Shown: in pieces, positions 30,841 to 43,083 of the stretch | Layout: each line of letters starts with the position of its first letter | Numbering within the stretch: the stretch's first letter is position 1 | Source of the DNA: Escherichia phage IME178 | Length of the DNA stretch: 64,000 bases | Sequence record: NC_104190.1 | Strand: one strand, 5' to 3' | Made by a program: the position numbers and the translations under genes | Notes under the pieces: model-generated | Database searches by the model: none | The model's input: only the letters and a program-made list of their open reading frames with translations | What the model was told of the DNA's origin: nothing

Positions 30841-33674
30841 TCCACAGACTGTTCCCCCTCATCTCCTTCTGCTCTAATACGAAAATATAGTTTTCTATTG
30901 ATCCCTAGAGCATCACTGTTATGGAGAGCAAAATCTGCCTTATTATACATTAATAAATAGTCATAAGTATACTGATTTTCAATACGTACACTTCTTAGCA
31001 TTCTATTCTGGGAGTCATAGATTTCCAGAGTATAGAATATACTTTCTATTATATCTTCTTCTGGTATCCTATCCCAAGCTAGTTTTACATCTGGGCCTAC
31101 AAATTCAGTTACATCCCTGGAAGCCGTATTAGTTACCCTAAAATTAGATACTACACTTAGGTTTTTAGCAGAGTTAAGTTCTATAGATAATGTTACTGGA
31201 GAACTTCTTCTACCATTTATATCCACAGCCCTTATTTCAAATATCGCTAAGCCTGCAGGCTCTCCAATTATCTCTTGGATCATGCGTTCATTGGGATTTG
31301 TTTCTAGTTGCTGCACAATATAAGGTTCAGCATGACCGGAATGCACGATAGAGTAATAAACTACGTTATTAGTTAAGCTTGGAAGCCAAGATAACTCACC
31401 ATTTTTTCCTATAGAACCAACTAAACCACCAGGTGTAGGGGTATATTTAAAATCCCTAGGAGGAAGAACGTTGTTACTAATATCTGGTATATCATTACCA
31501 CTATTATCTACTTGATCAGAGTTGATAAATACATCTTCCCCATACTCCTGTAGGGTAACATTTATCTTTCCTTCCCTAGAGTTTTCGACTTCATCTACTA
31601 AAAAGTACTTCTTATCCCATCCGTAACGGTCGTAGGTAAATGCAATAGCATCGTTAGGCTCAATACCAATGAATTGATATGGTAAAGAAAATGAGAGGGT
31701 TCTAGAATACCTAGATTTCTTAAGTTCTCTGTCTGCAAAACTTCTAGCAGTATAGTAGTTAGTTATATTTGCAAAAGATAACTGTAATTTTTGTCTAAAT
31801 TTTTATCTTGCTCTTTATATTTAGAGTTGTAAAAGGTAATAGAGTTAGTTTTCCAGCTAAGAGCTGGGTCTACGATGGATGCTTGAACTGAGTTGAATTT
31901 ATTTCTACCAGTAGTATCTGATAGCTCTAAATCACCATAAGTATCCAGAAAATTAATCTCTAATGGAGTATTAGAATATTTTTCTACAGTAATCCTATAT
32001 TGACCAGATAAGTTGTTAATAGCCCCACCGTAGGACTCTAGCAAACCTTGCACGTTTTTTAAATACTGATTCAGATGTGTCTAGAATAGTATTCATTTGT
32101 ACTATTTGTCTATTTTCTGCTAATGGATCAGTCCACCCAACATATCTCCAGTATGGCTGCCAGGATACTTGGTAAGATTCATCTATAATATCTAAGATAG
32201 CAGCTTCTTGTACCAATTGTTGGAGAGGGAACTGATCAATAGCAATGTTTGCACCATACCTATCTGAAGTTAAGTAGTCAAGTGTTTGCCAAATACCATT
32301 TAAACTAGTACTATTAGCAGTTACTCTACCATCAGAATGATAGATTTTTATCTTCTTACCCTGAATCTCAGCACTAACTTCTGGAATCTCAGTTCTATTT
32401 TCATTAATAGTAAAGCGTACTACCGCGTATGCAGTATCTAATAGTTTATATCTAGCATCCCAGTACTCAGGTCCATTGCCGTTCATATTTTGGAGATAGA
32501 ACCCACGTTCCTTCGCTATATTTACTAATACTTCAGAAGCCGTTTGATCAGCTTTTCCATGATAAGTCCAAATCCTTATATCACCATTACCATCGTTATA
32601 CTTATATTCCTGGCCATGCACAGAAGGACTACTAGAAGATATTCCTGATGCTATTCTTTGCATGGTGTCTCCGGCTACTTTTTTAACACCGAAACAGGTT
32701 CTAGCAGAACTATCATTAGAGTCCATACAAATCATGGGGTTATCCCCAAAGGAAAAGTCAAGAAAACCGTCTATCTCTCCTTCAGCAAAAGCATATACTA
32801 CATAAACTATATTAGGATTGTGTAATTCCGTATCCGCAAAAATAGGTATTCCCGGTATTTTCTGTACACCATAAACTACTGGTATATACTTAGCAGCAAG
32901 GTTAAAATCTATATCTACTTCTTTAGTAACAGTCTCATAATACTTTTTAAGACTATAACTTCTAGATAGTCCAAATAGCTTTTTCTTAGACTTTAGCTTG
33001 TATCTTTCTTCCTGTACCTGATACTTTGCTAGAATAGAGATACTTTTATTGGCGTGAAAGAAACCGTAGTCTTCTTGGTACTCAAGTCTTTTAGCCCCGT
33101 TAGATGGAACTAATTGTCCTGCTACAACCTCAAGCCCTCTATGAGAAGCATCATCAGTAAATCTACCGTTAACCCTATCAAAATCATAGAATTGGTTAGA
33201 ACAATTCCAAGTAATTGTAGAGGTTCCAACCCCAGAAATACTAATGTTGTCCTTAATACCTCCACCAGTAATTCTCCCTCTAAAGTATAATAAAGGGCCA
33301 TTTGTGTCTGGGTCTACAGGTAAAATAGAACCATCCTCTGTAATAATTGCTTGGTGGATTGATACTAGTCTATCTAAAAAGGACACCCCATTCTGCACTA
33401 GTTTCAGTACTTCATCCTGCGCTGTACCTGTAATAGTAAAAGATAGACTGCCAATAGATAAATCTCTGTTTTGTTTATGTGTGCTAATAGACTTAACTTT
33501 ACCGGCCTGGTACAAAATACCATTATATAGTACATCTCTAAAATAGTCAGTTAAGTAAATAAAAGCAGTACTAGTACCAGTAGAGCCGGGTAATTCTAGA
33601 GAAATTAGACTAGCAGTTTTTATTCTGCTATTATTTTTTAAGTAGTTTCTAGCACTATCTAATATTTTTTTCAT
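30825..33674 (-). CDS. baseplate hub protein pb3-like; two compensating frame breaks
   Basis: Span is exactly 950 codons (T5 pb3 is 949 aa). Frame holds 33674..32016, shifts for 32053..31763, then returns to the original frame from about 31802 to 30825 (hand translation is open and coding-like). Confidence 0.6.
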
Positions 33675-34284
33675 AGACTTTCCCGTAAATTTAATGAGAT
33701 GTTGGAGTATGTTCCGTTATTATTTAGTGTAGATCCAAAAGCATCACCATTCATGAGTTTTGTTCTAAATAGTATTCCATTAAATACTGGCTTCTCCGCT
33801 CCAGTAGTAGTTATAAATAAATCAGGGTATAAGTTTATGGACCATGTATTACCTGATTTGTTAAATGATGTTATTTTATATACTTTTGGGTGGTTAGATA
33901 GCTTAAATAGATCCCCTGGTTTTGGAGTACCTGTAAGAAGCCCTTTTGTATCCATAGTTATATTAGAACCCTTCTGTCCAGCAGGTATACTTACTAGACT
34001 AGTATTACCTCTAACTCTAAAAGCTTCGTATTGGGGTAATATAACGTCTATATAACCACCAGTCCTTTTGTATTCTAGAATAAAAGCATCTAGAACACTA
34101 TATTCATCTGGAAATAATTCTGGATAAGAAATATTTATACCCCAGTATTGAGCAGATACCTTACTTCGTTAACTTTACCATTTGGTAACTCATCACGAAT
34201 TACTGGGTCATTGTCAATCAGGTTAACACTTTCGAATCCTAAGCCTGAAAGTTCTGGATTCGTGTATGGGTCTGGTAATCTCAT
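33671..34284 (-). CDS. distal tail protein pb9-like; frame break
   Basis: ATG 34284 after AGGAG opens a frame that stops near 34090; C-terminal part is track ORF 33955..33671 in another frame; span about 204 codons as in T5 pb9. Confidence 0.5.
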
Positions 34285-34393
34285 AGTTAATTTCTCCTCT
34301 TTAATAACAATATTATAATAGTATTAGAAAATTTTATCAAGAAATTTTTATTTTTCCATAAAGAAAAGGAGGACTCAAAGTCCTCCTCCAGTT

Positions 34394-37300
34394 TTAAGAA
34401 TTTCCTAATGTTTTCAGACTAGCACCGTTCTCATTCAGAGCTAATTCTACTGCGTCTCTTAGAGCACTACTATTACTAGAAGCAAATTCTCTGAAACTTG
34501 CAGCATCCATAGCACTAATATTCAGGATGATAGGTCTTCCTGAAGTTGAGTTAGATGAAGTTTTTAGCTCATCATTAGGTGTAGCTTTCATAGGAACCAT
34601 AGGGGTAACTACTTCTGTACCATGCTCACCCATTTGATAGCTAACCCCAGGGTACATATTACCACCCTCAGCACGAGGAACGAAGGAGTTAGCACCGCCT
34701 ATACCTTTATCGCCTCGAATATAAGATAATTCACCTGCGTTAGCAGACATAGACACATCTATATTCTTTTGACGCTCTCCTAAGGTTAAGTAACTAGTTG
34801 TATCCGCTCCAGAATCTGCAATACTTGACATACCAGATGCAGAAGATGCTTGAGCAAGAGCTAAGGCACCTGCCAAACCTGCCGCCACCATCAAAGGAAT
34901 AGAGAACGGGTACGGTACAGCTGTCGCCGCTTGCATTACAGCTACTGCAGTTTGGATGATGATCTGCTTCTTAGCTGCGTCTTGTTGAATCTTCAACTTT
35001 TCAGCTTCTAGTTTCTTCAACTTAGCTTTAGATGCTTCTGATTTACCATCACGTTTCTGCTCTGCTGCAATAGCCTGATCAATTGCACTAACCTGTTGAC
35101 TAGTACTATATTGAATCATAGAGGCCACAGTCTGCATACCTGCTGCGATCGTGGAAGTAGTGTCTAAAGACCCCATAGAGAACTGAATCATAGCATTGGT
35201 TAAATTACCCATGCTTTGAGCTACAGCAGTTGCTTCGGAATTTAACTCAGATAGTTTAGAAATTGCCTGATCATAAGAAGCCATTCTATTTCCCATATCA
35301 GCAAAATCTTTATCTTCTCCAGATAGTCCAGTTGTAGGAGTGTACACAGCACCTAAAGAAGATCCAACAGAAGCTTGCATCTCCGCATTTCTCTGTGCCC
35401 TTAAACCTGCTAGTTGTGCCCTAGTTTCAGCTATCTTTTTATTATATTCCGCTTGTGCCGCAGCATTACCTAATGTTTTCTGCTTTAAGTCTTCATATAA
35501 TTTTAGCTGTTCCTGTAAGCGCTCCGCATTTCCCATTAATGGTTTAGCAGTAAATTGTCTTTGCTGTTCTTCCTCTCTACCAGCAGCCATTGAAGCAATC
35601 TGATCTTGGCGGAATTTCCAGATTTCACGTTCAATTTGGGCTTGAGCACGTCTAGACTGTTCCGCCTCTTTCTGTTTATCAGCTTGTTTTGTGTACCATT
35701 CGTACTTCTCTTTTTCAACGGTCAATTCAAGATTTAACTGTGCTAGACGATACTGAGTATCTGTCATAGTACGGTTATTTAAGAGGGCTATCTCACGATC
35801 TACACCCAGAATTTTATCTGTGTAATCCTTAACCTTCTTCTGAGCCTCCATACCCTGATTGGTAAGTTTAAGTTTCTCCAGCTGAATTTTTTCAATTTCT
35901 TTCTCAACAGCTTTATTTCCCTGATTAGTTTGAAGTACACGGCGTAAAGCAGCTTCTTGCTCTTCTAACTGTTGGAGTTCTAAACGCCTACCGGCTTCCT
36001 GTGCCTTTTCTTTATCTTTAGTTTGATTGTATACGTCAGCTATCTTCTGTTGAACTGCTAACTGGTTCTTAGTCTCATTACCAGTTAGTTTAACGTACTC
36101 AGATAAGGCCTGAGACGCAGTTTTCATTTCAGACAGAGTATTGTAGCCTAGGTTAAGATTTTTAACATATTCATCAGCACTCTTACCAGTACCTAGAGAT
36201 AGAGATTCTATGTTTTTTATAGCATCTGCTAAAGTAGCACTAGTTTTAGCAGCAGTATCTGTATTCTGAGCAACGTTCTGTATATCATTAGCTAAGTCAC
36301 TAGCAGTTTTCTTAGTCTGATTGTACGCTTTCTGCTGCTCAGTTAGTCCTTTTAATACAGTAGAGTTAAAATCGTATACAGCGCCAGGATCTGTAGAATC
36401 TCTCTGTAGATTAATCTGTTTCTGAAACTGTGGATTAGCTTTTGCAGCAGCAGCTCCAGCAGCTTGATACGCTGATTTCCAAGCATTGAGGTTCTCTGTA
36501 GAATCCTCTACTTCCTTACCAAGTCTAGTTACTTGTAGACCCATAGCTGCAGTTTCTGCTACAAATTGCTTATTGGCCTCCGAAGCACCTGCTGCTGCAA
36601 GACCAATAGGAATACCTTCGCCAACTTGACGTATAGCTAGTTTTGTATAGAAATCTGCTTGTTCCATTCGTTTATCGAACTCAGATTTTAGCTTATTACG
36701 CTTATCAAGAGATTCCTTATACATATCTAGAGCTTTATTATAGCCTTCTTCAGAAGCAGCTAAACTTAAAGCAACAGCACCAACGTTGGTAGGGTCTATC
36801 TGTCTATTAGTTTTTTCTTGAGCTCTAGCTGCCTCCGCAGATATAGAAGCCTGAGATGTATAAAATACTGTATTGATAGCATCAATTACCGGCCCTAAAT
36901 ACTTAGCAGCAGCTTGTTGTATTTTTCTTAGTGCAGCATCTGCATTAGCAGCAAATTGCTCCCATGGAGTTGCACGTAGTACTTCATCTAGGTAGCCAAA
37001 CCGCTTAGTAGATTCAGCAATTACCGCGTTAGCGTATGCTTGTTGTTTCTGGAAAGTGGTAAGACTATTAACATTATATGTTATACCTGTGTTTGCAGCA
37101 TTTAACTGTTTAACATAATCAGCATATGCGTCATTAAGACGGATGGTGACACCAAGTTCATCCAGAAGTTCGATTTCTTGTTTAGATACGCCCTTAATTA
37201 CACGGTTAAGTGCATCAGTCATATCAACACCAAGAACAGCAGCAGCACGACGAGCTACTAAACCAAATTTATTAAGTTGTTCGGCATCAAATCCATAAGC

Positions 37301-38074
37301 AGATGCTGAAGATGCCTGTCTCATTGCTTCCTCAAAAGAAATAGCATATCCAGCAGCTTCTTGTAGTGATCTAGCAAGGGTCTGAACAGGAGTACCTGTC
37401 TGAGTACCTACTATAACACCAAATTTTTCTAGACGATTTAGCTGATCACCTAGTTTAAGTTGTTCAAATGCTGATTGCAAAACGAAGATGTTGGAAGCAA
37501 GAGCTGCGTACATAATAGGTAAACTACCACCGATCTTAGCCATTGCCGCAAAATCACGAGTTGCACCACGTGCTGAACCAGAAGTATTACCAATAGCTCT
37601 AGAAGCTCTACCAGCGGCACCAGCAGTATCATTAAAACCCCTAGCTGTGCCACCTAATGCTCTATTAGTATCATATAATCTATCCTGGACTTTTTCTGTT
37701 GCAGCTGCAACATCATTACCCATTGTTTTAACAGATCTAGAAACTCCATCGAATCCAATTTCTAGTTTATCTGTTACTTCAATAAGCTGGATAGCCAGGT
37801 AGTCTAGCTTATCACCAATACCATCAATGGATTTAGTGATACCAGCCATACCCCTACTAGCTTGCATTTTAGTAAGACTTTTCGCTGCTCTGTCTGCTGC
37901 CCTCTCAATGGAATAAAGAGTTCTGGGCATTTTACCTAACTGCTCATTTGTCAGTTCGGAAGCAGCAGCAGCATTTTCCAACGCATCAGATACGTTTTCA
38001 ATAGACTTTGCAGTACGAGTTGCCCCCTTCTGTTTAACGTCTATTAGTAATTCTCGTATTAGCTTATCAGTCAT
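34394..38074 (-). CDS. tail tape-measure protein (pb2-like)
   Basis: 1226-aa ORF, coiled-coil rich with hydrophobic segments and Gly-rich C-terminal region; sits between chaperone and tip genes. Confidence 0.8.
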   Translation of the reverse strand: MTDKLIRELLIDVKQKGATRTAKSIENVSDALENAAAASELTNEQLGKMPRTLYSIERAADRAAKSLTKMQASRGMAGITKSIDGIGDKLDYLAIQLIEVTDKLEIGFDGVSRSVKTMGNDVAAATEKVQDRLYDTNRALGGTARGFNDTAGAAGRASRAIGNTSGSARGATRDFAAMAKIGGSLPIMYAALASNIFVLQSAFEQLKLGDQLNRLEKFGVIVGTQTGTPVQTLARSLQEAAGYAISFEEAMRQASSASAYGFDAEQLNKFGLVARRAAAVLGVDMTDALNRVIKGVSKQEIELLDELGVTIRLNDAYADYVKQLNAANTGITYNVNSLTTFQKQQAYANAVIAESTKRFGYLDEVLRATPWEQFAANADAALRKIQQAAAKYLGPVIDAINTVFYTSQASISAEAARAQEKTNRQIDPTNVGAVALSLAASEEGYNKALDMYKESLDKRNKLKSEFDKRMEQADFYTKLAIRQVGEGIPIGLAAAGASEANKQFVAETAAMGLQVTRLGKEVEDSTENLNAWKSAYQAAGAAAAKANPQFQKQINLQRDSTDPGAVYDFNSTVLKGLTEQQKAYNQTKKTASDLANDIQNVAQNTDTAAKTSATLADAIKNIESLSLGTGKSADEYVKNLNLGYNTLSEMKTASQALSEYVKLTGNETKNQLAVQQKIADVYNQTKDKEKAQEAGRRLELQQLEEQEAALRRVLQTNQGNKAVEKEIEKIQLEKLKLTNQGMEAQKKVKDYTDKILGVDREIALLNNRTMTDTQYRLAQLNLELTVEKEKYEWYTKQADKQKEAEQSRRAQAQIEREIWKFRQDQIASMAAGREEEQQRQFTAKPLMGNAERLQEQLKLYEDLKQKTLGNAAAQAEYNKKIAETRAQLAGLRAQRNAEMQASVGSSLGAVYTPTTGLSGEDKDFADMGNRMASYDQAISKLSELNSEATAVAQSMGNLTNAMIQFSMGSLDTTSTIAAGMQTVASMIQYSTSQQVSAIDQAIAAEQKRDGKSEASKAKLKKLEAEKLKIQQDAAKKQIIIQTAVAVMQAATAVPYPFSIPLMVAAGLAGALALAQASSASGMSSIADSGADTTSYLTLGERQKNIDVSMSANAGELSYIRGDKGIGGANSFVPRAEGGNMYPGVSYQMGEHGTEVVTPMVPMKATPNDELKTSSNSTSGRPIILNISAMDAASFREFASSNSSALRDAVELALNENGASLKTLGNS

Positions 38075-38156
38075 GTTTTATTTTTCCCAATAAAAAGGCT
38101 CTGGGCAAATCACCCAGAGCCAAGCCTCATCGTGGAACGCCCATTGGAGGAAAATT

Positions 38157-38525
38157 TTACCGTGCACGAGATCTAGCATGTGGCTTAACGTTAGGAATCC
38201 TCCCGTTTTGCGGTTTATGCTTCTCAGCACGTTTACGTGCAGCATCTACAGCTTTAGCATCAAATATATTGATAATGTGTAGAACAAATTCTTTTTCTAT
38301 GGGATCAGTAATCCCATAAATATCAAATAAAACACCTAGAGCAGCTTTGTCTTTACCTATAAAGATAGGAAAGTCACCCGGTATGAAACAGTCAATCAGA
38401 CTGTTATAAATATTCATACTAATAGATACAATAGGTGGAAAATCCTCAAGTTCAACGGGCATAGCCTTTGGATCAGGTTCTATACCCATTGACTCGCAAA
38501 GTATTAAATATTGTTGTTTAGTCAT
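38157..38525 (-). CDS. tail assembly chaperone, downstream frame (possible G-T fusion segment)
   Basis: 122-aa frame is open upstream to about 38600 and overlaps the end of the 134-aa ORF by about 23 nt in a +1 offset. Confidence 0.5.
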   Translation of the reverse strand: MTKQQYLILCESMGIEPDPKAMPVELEDFPPIVSISMNIYNSLIDCFIPGDFPIFIGKDKAALGVLFDIYGITDPIEKEFVLHIINIFDAKAVDAARKRAEKHKPQNGRIPNVKPHARSRAR

Positions 38526-38586
38526 TTTAGATGCTGAGCTTTTAATACATTTGTCTGCAAAATCAGCAACAGCATCTAGAAGTTCT

Positions 38587-38991
38587 TTACGCTTTTGAGC
38601 TACGAAAAGTGTCTAAGTGGAACACTGTCTGGTTGATCCAAGAATCAAACGCAGCAGAGTTCTGCATGAGCATTACAGCATTGTCGCGGCTAAAAGGAAC
38701 TTCAGTAGCAGGATCAGCATCTGTTTCAATCAGCATCAGTTTTTCAACGTCACCTACAGTCAAACCAGTCCAACCTTTAATAGCTGCGTCAACAAATGCT
38801 TCAATGAACTTATCATCATCCTGGACTTGCATCAGCGTACCATTAACCCATTCATCACGTTTAGCAGAAGAAATAACACGTTTAGAGGTAGCACGAGACA
38901 TATAGTTAAGTTCTAGTTTAAAGTTCGGCATACCTGGGTAGGAAAGAGTAATAGTACGAGTATCAAGAGTAATATCTTTTAAATTAATCAT
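38587..38991 (-). CDS. tail assembly chaperone (G-like)
   Basis: 134-aa ORF immediately upstream of the tape-measure operon position. Confidence 0.55.
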   Translation of the reverse strand: MINLKDITLDTRTITLSYPGMPNFKLELNYMSRATSKRVISSAKRDEWVNGTLMQVQDDDKFIEAFVDAAIKGWTGLTVGDVEKLMLIETDADPATEVPFSRDNAVMLMQNSAAFDSWINQTVFHLDTFRSSKA

Positions 38992-39888
38992 TTTTTAATT
39001 TCTCCAAAGAAATCTATTCTCACTGGGTCTGAAGAAGCAGTAGGTATAATATCCCACTCAACTCTATACACATCTGAGAGATCTAGGCGTTTTGTAATAC
39101 GTGCTGAAGGAAAATCTATAGAAATATTATTATTTCTTATATTTAAAGGTACATCTGTCTCCGGTTCGATATTGTAAACCATATCTCCTGCAAAACGTTT
39201 TTAAGTAATATAGAGAAATGGTTGCCGAAGCATTCATTTCATTTACATAAGCTCTTTTATTATTATAAATTTTATTTATATCAAAAACACTCTTATCTTC
39301 TCTCCAAGAGCACTGCTGCTGGAAAGATAAGGAGGCAGAGATAAGACCGGGTAAGATGCTACCATTAGTAGAAGCTATTACTGGGCTATAAGACATTACT
39401 TCACCCTGTATAATAGAAGCTGCTTCTCTATAGGTAGATACTTCTGAGAATTTCCCAGACTCAATACCAACATTAAGAATTGGTATGTTCTTATCTAAAG
39501 AAAAATCTACCGTAGATACATAACAGTTTTCAAAATATACACAGTTACTATCTTTGTTTACTATATAGATATTGAATATAATAGGTTCAATATTACTACT
39601 ATATAGTGGGAGTAAGAAAGTATTACCTTTTCTATCAAAACCTAACCATTCAAAGAAGTTAGCCTCTGTAAGAGTATTACTGAAATTTACGGCTAGAGAG
39701 ATAGAAGAGGGGGTTTGAGCATTTATAATAGAGTCTGCATAGTTAGTTCTACGATGAACAGTCCTACGAAGAGTCTTGAATTCCTCGTAGGAAGTCTGTA
39801 TATCATAGTTTGATAGGGCATCAAAATGAAATGCCCTACCATCATACTCAACTATAACTTTTGACTCTCTCATTAGAGAGTAGTACAT
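38988..39888 (-). CDS. tail protein p140-like; frame break near 39130-39182
   Basis: Track ORFs 39888..39130 (252 aa) and 39182..38988 (64 aa) overlap in different frames; span about 300 codons (T5 p140 is 298 aa). Confidence 0.5.
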
Positions 39889-39892
39889 TTAA

Positions 39893-41287
39893 TTAACCAC
39901 CTGTTGTTACAGTAATCTGTTTAGTACCTTTAACTCCAGAACCATCCTTAGCTGTAGCTTCAACAGTTACCGCACCTGTTTTACTAGCATGGGCTGTTAA
40001 TAGTCCTGCTGCATTGATAGTAGCTGCATCACCAGCAGTGATAGCCCAAGTAACTTCTTTATTCTTTGCGGAAGAAGGAGTAATTTCAACACTCATCTGA
40101 AGAGTAGCCGAGTTGTTTACTGTAGTAGCATCACCAGCAGATTTAACAGTAATTGCGGTTACAGCATTAGTAGCACCATCACCATTAACAATCAAGTTAT
40201 TAATAGTTGTTTTGGTATATTTACTAGAGAAGCCTAAGTAACCTTCATCACCAGCATCCAGATCAGATGGAATAGCTTTAAACTCTACTGAAGTACCAAG
40301 TACATCATCAGTTTCAATAGTAGGAATATTAACGTGTGCTTGTTTAGCTACCAAAATAGCCGCAGGACGTTCTTCATCGTATTCACCACCAAGTACTAGA
40401 GCAATTTCGAAGCGGTTAACTACCTTCAGAGTTTTGATAAGATCTTTATACAGCTCCATAGAACCAAGAGATTTATCATTCAGATAGGCAGTTAATGAAC
40501 CAGTTAGTTCAAATGCGCCAGTAAATGAACCGATCGGAATATTTACACGGGACATAATATTCGGGGTTAGATACGTGATGTTATTATTAATGGTGAAAGT
40601 ACCACCAGTAATAGGTATGTCATAAGACTTATTGGTATCCATATCCTTGATCTTCAAGATCGTTAGTTTGTTCTTAATATAAGAACCCTGGATAGTCATA
40701 TAAGTTTCATCATCAATACCTAACTCATCTGGGTCAAATGGTTGCTCATCCAGAGGAATAAGCTGATTACCATTACCGGACCAAGTTACACGGCCAATAT
40801 CTTCGATATCAACGTTAACTTCTGCCTGATTAATCTGACAGGAATCGATATAACTCCATGCTTTATCAGTCAGAATATAAATATGTAACATTGCTAACTC
40901 ATGATAGGAGTTATCTTTGAAGTTAACCATGAAGTTAGCCTCGTTATTGTGTGCCCCTGTATTACCTTCTAAGTTAATAGCTTTACCACTAGAAAGTGCA
41001 TGCCATAACATATAGTCAGGAACGATTTGCTTCTGATCATCTTTATTGATATAGGGCAGGATGTAAGTAGAGAAACTCCACTCAGCCGCGTTTAAAGAGT
41101 CGTTAAAACGTTTAGAACCACGAGTTGGACGCGGACCAGCTTCATTAACAGTAATATCTGTTGAGTTACTGTCCTGACCCCAAGAAATATCATCCTGAAC
41201 TAGAATCTCTTGCGTGTTGGTCTTATTATGACCAGTCTTAACCGTAGACACGAAGATTCGAGTATTACGTAATAGTTGTAAAGACAT
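39893..41287 (-). CDS. major tail tube protein (pb6-like) with C-terminal Ig-like domain
   Basis: 464 aa, the length of T5 pb6; C-terminal Ig-like segment (TWAITAGDAATINAAGLLTAH...). Confidence 0.8.
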   Translation of the reverse strand: MSLQLLRNTRIFVSTVKTGHNKTNTQEILVQDDISWGQDSNSTDITVNEAGPRPTRGSKRFNDSLNAAEWSFSTYILPYINKDDQKQIVPDYMLWHALSSGKAINLEGNTGAHNNEANFMVNFKDNSYHELAMLHIYILTDKAWSYIDSCQINQAEVNVDIEDIGRVTWSGNGNQLIPLDEQPFDPDELGIDDETYMTIQGSYIKNKLTILKIKDMDTNKSYDIPITGGTFTINNNITYLTPNIMSRVNIPIGSFTGAFELTGSLTAYLNDKSLGSMELYKDLIKTLKVVNRFEIALVLGGEYDEERPAAILVAKQAHVNIPTIETDDVLGTSVEFKAIPSDLDAGDEGYLGFSSKYTKTTINNLIVNGDGATNAVTAITVKSAGDATTVNNSATLQMSVEITPSSAKNKEVTWAITAGDAATINAAGLLTAHASKTGAVTVEATAKDGSGVKGTKQITVTTGG

Positions 41288-41313
41288 TTAATTATTTTCT
41301 CCTAATCTGTAAC

Positions 41314-41799
41314 TTATCTGCGAAGTGACCTACGTGGAGGCTGATACCTCACTGTTACATTTATTTCTGCTAAACCATATGGGGCCAGTAGACCCTCATC
41401 TGTACTAACTGATGTAATGATCATATCAGTTGCCTCACATGGGAAGGTCGATCCATTAGGTTTACTAACAGTATATTCTAAATTTCCACCTGTGTCAATA
41501 ACGGTTTTTATATCCGCTACGAGTTTTTCAAGTTGCTCTTGAATGTCTGTTTTCTCTTTATCGTACACCAGGATTGGAAGTTCTAAAAACATCCACTGTT
41601 GGCCCGAAGGAAGATACTGCCCAGTTTCAGTTCCGATATGAACTGCCACATAAGGAAACTCTCGTATTTCCTCAAATTTATAAGTTTGACGAGAAACGTT
41701 TCCATATAGGTTATTAAAATATTCGTCAGGTTGAGAACCATCCAACTGTTTAGATATACGGTCAACCAGAGCTTGTGCAATACTTGTTCTATGATCCAT
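41314..41799 (-). CDS. tail completion protein (p142-like)
   Basis: 161 aa, same length and position as T5 p142. Confidence 0.55.
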   Translation of the reverse strand: MDHRTSIAQALVDRISKQLDGSQPDEYFNNLYGNVSRQTYKFEEIREFPYVAVHIGTETGQYLPSGQQWMFLELPILVYDKEKTDIQEQLEKLVADIKTVIDTGGNLEYTVSKPNGSTFPCEATDMIITSVSTDEGLLAPYGLAEINVTVRYQPPRRSLRR

Positions 41800-41802
41800 T
41801 TA

Positions 41803-42571
41803 TTAGGTTCCTTGATTAACCTTGATTTTATATCTAGAGTGAATCAGGTCTCTTGCAGCTTTTGCTATAGCCTCACCAATAAGTTTTTGGGGGTTTCTAG
41901 CGCCTGGGTAAGGTCGTAGAGATAATCTTTGATATGTAGATACTGCTGGATTAAATACAGAATATGGACGTACCATATAATTATACGTCACGTTTAATTC
42001 AGGAGCACCTTTACTAGTCTCTGCATCTCTAAGCATAACATCCTTAATTTTCAGAGAATTTGCAAACCTGCCAGTTCTAAATTTTAATGGCGCTCCTGTC
42101 TTTTTCATATCCTTTATTAAGTACTCTTTAGCAACTATCTCTAATATAACCTTCATATTGCTATTTGATACAAAACGTCCGGAAGCACCTGTTACTGCAC
42201 CTGAGTATCCATCCTCTACGTCTCTAGGATCCCCAAAGTTTACCTGTACTCTGCCTGTAGAACGTTTTTTTACCTACAGAGGATTTTTTACCCGCGGTTG
42301 CTTGTATTAAGTTCTCTAGAGCACCTAAATCCCCCGAAAGATCTAAACTAGAGGATACTGCTTTTAGTATAGAGGCTGTTCTAACATCAAGAAGATCTTG
42401 TGATACGGGTTTTGAAAACTTAAAAGATACTTGAGCAACAGTACCATCTCTGGTAGGATCTTTTAACCCTGTCTCAACAGAATACACAACAGTATTCTTA
42501 TTATTTTCAGATCGTCCTGCAGTATCTAGCTGCTCTTTAATAATTTGTTTAGCTAGATCGGAAAGAGACAT
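41803..42571 (-). CDS. head-tail joining protein (p143-like); frame break near 42156-42224
   Basis: Track ORFs 42571..42224 (115 aa) and 42156..41803 (117 aa) in different frames; T-runs in the gap; span about 256 codons. Confidence 0.45.
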
Positions 42572-43083
42572 TATACTCTCCTATACACTTCAATAATAGT
42601 ACGAATATGCTCTGGGATACCAGACTTAGTGCTATTGAAGGTTACTGTTTCACCACCAATTGTTTTAGCTTGGCGGTAATCTTGTTTGTGCCAATGATCT
42701 ACTAACATACATGCTGCAAGTTTGAGATCTTCAGGTATTGGATTGAATCCACCTTGTGTATATGCTACATCCATATAACCTTCTGGAGGATTAAATTTGA
42801 GAAGGATAATACCATCAGAGTATAGCTTATACTGCTCTGGGTCAATCTCATTATCGTTAATCGTCACTTTAGTTACGGAGGTAGCAGATGGTGAGCTCAG
42901 AAAATATTTCCTACGTGTAGGTTTTGTATTGATTAACTGGTCTACCGCATCAGCATCATCCATGCCTAGAAGGCTCGTAATCAGCGCATTGGCAGCAGTA
43001 ATCATCATTTCTACACCAGATTCTAATTCAGGTCGTTTTAAACCACCATATAATCTATAATCTTCGGCTGTGATGATTTGCAT
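42571..43083 (-). CDS. head completion / adaptor protein (p144-like)
   Basis: 170-aa ORF between capsid and tail-joining genes; ATGA overlap with the downstream gene. Confidence 0.55.
   Translation of the reverse strand: MQIITAEDYRLYGGLKRPELESGVEMMITAANALITSLLGMDDADAVDQLINTKPTRRKYFLSSPSATSVTKVTINDNEIDPEQYKLYSDGIILLKFNPPEGYMDVAYTQGGFNPIPEDLKLAACMLVDHWHKQDYRQAKTIGGETVTFNSTKSGIPEHIRTIIEVYRRV

Noticed and set aside
28767-34284. Interpretation of split tail-tip ORFs as several distinct small genes
   Set aside because: Combined spans reproduce the lengths of single pb4/pb3/pb9 homologues and coding continues across the breaks in shifted frames, so frame breaks within single genes are the more economical reading.
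37488-37802. 104-aa plus-strand ORF within the tape-measure gene
   Set aside because: Antisense to a long conserved structural gene; no independent signals.
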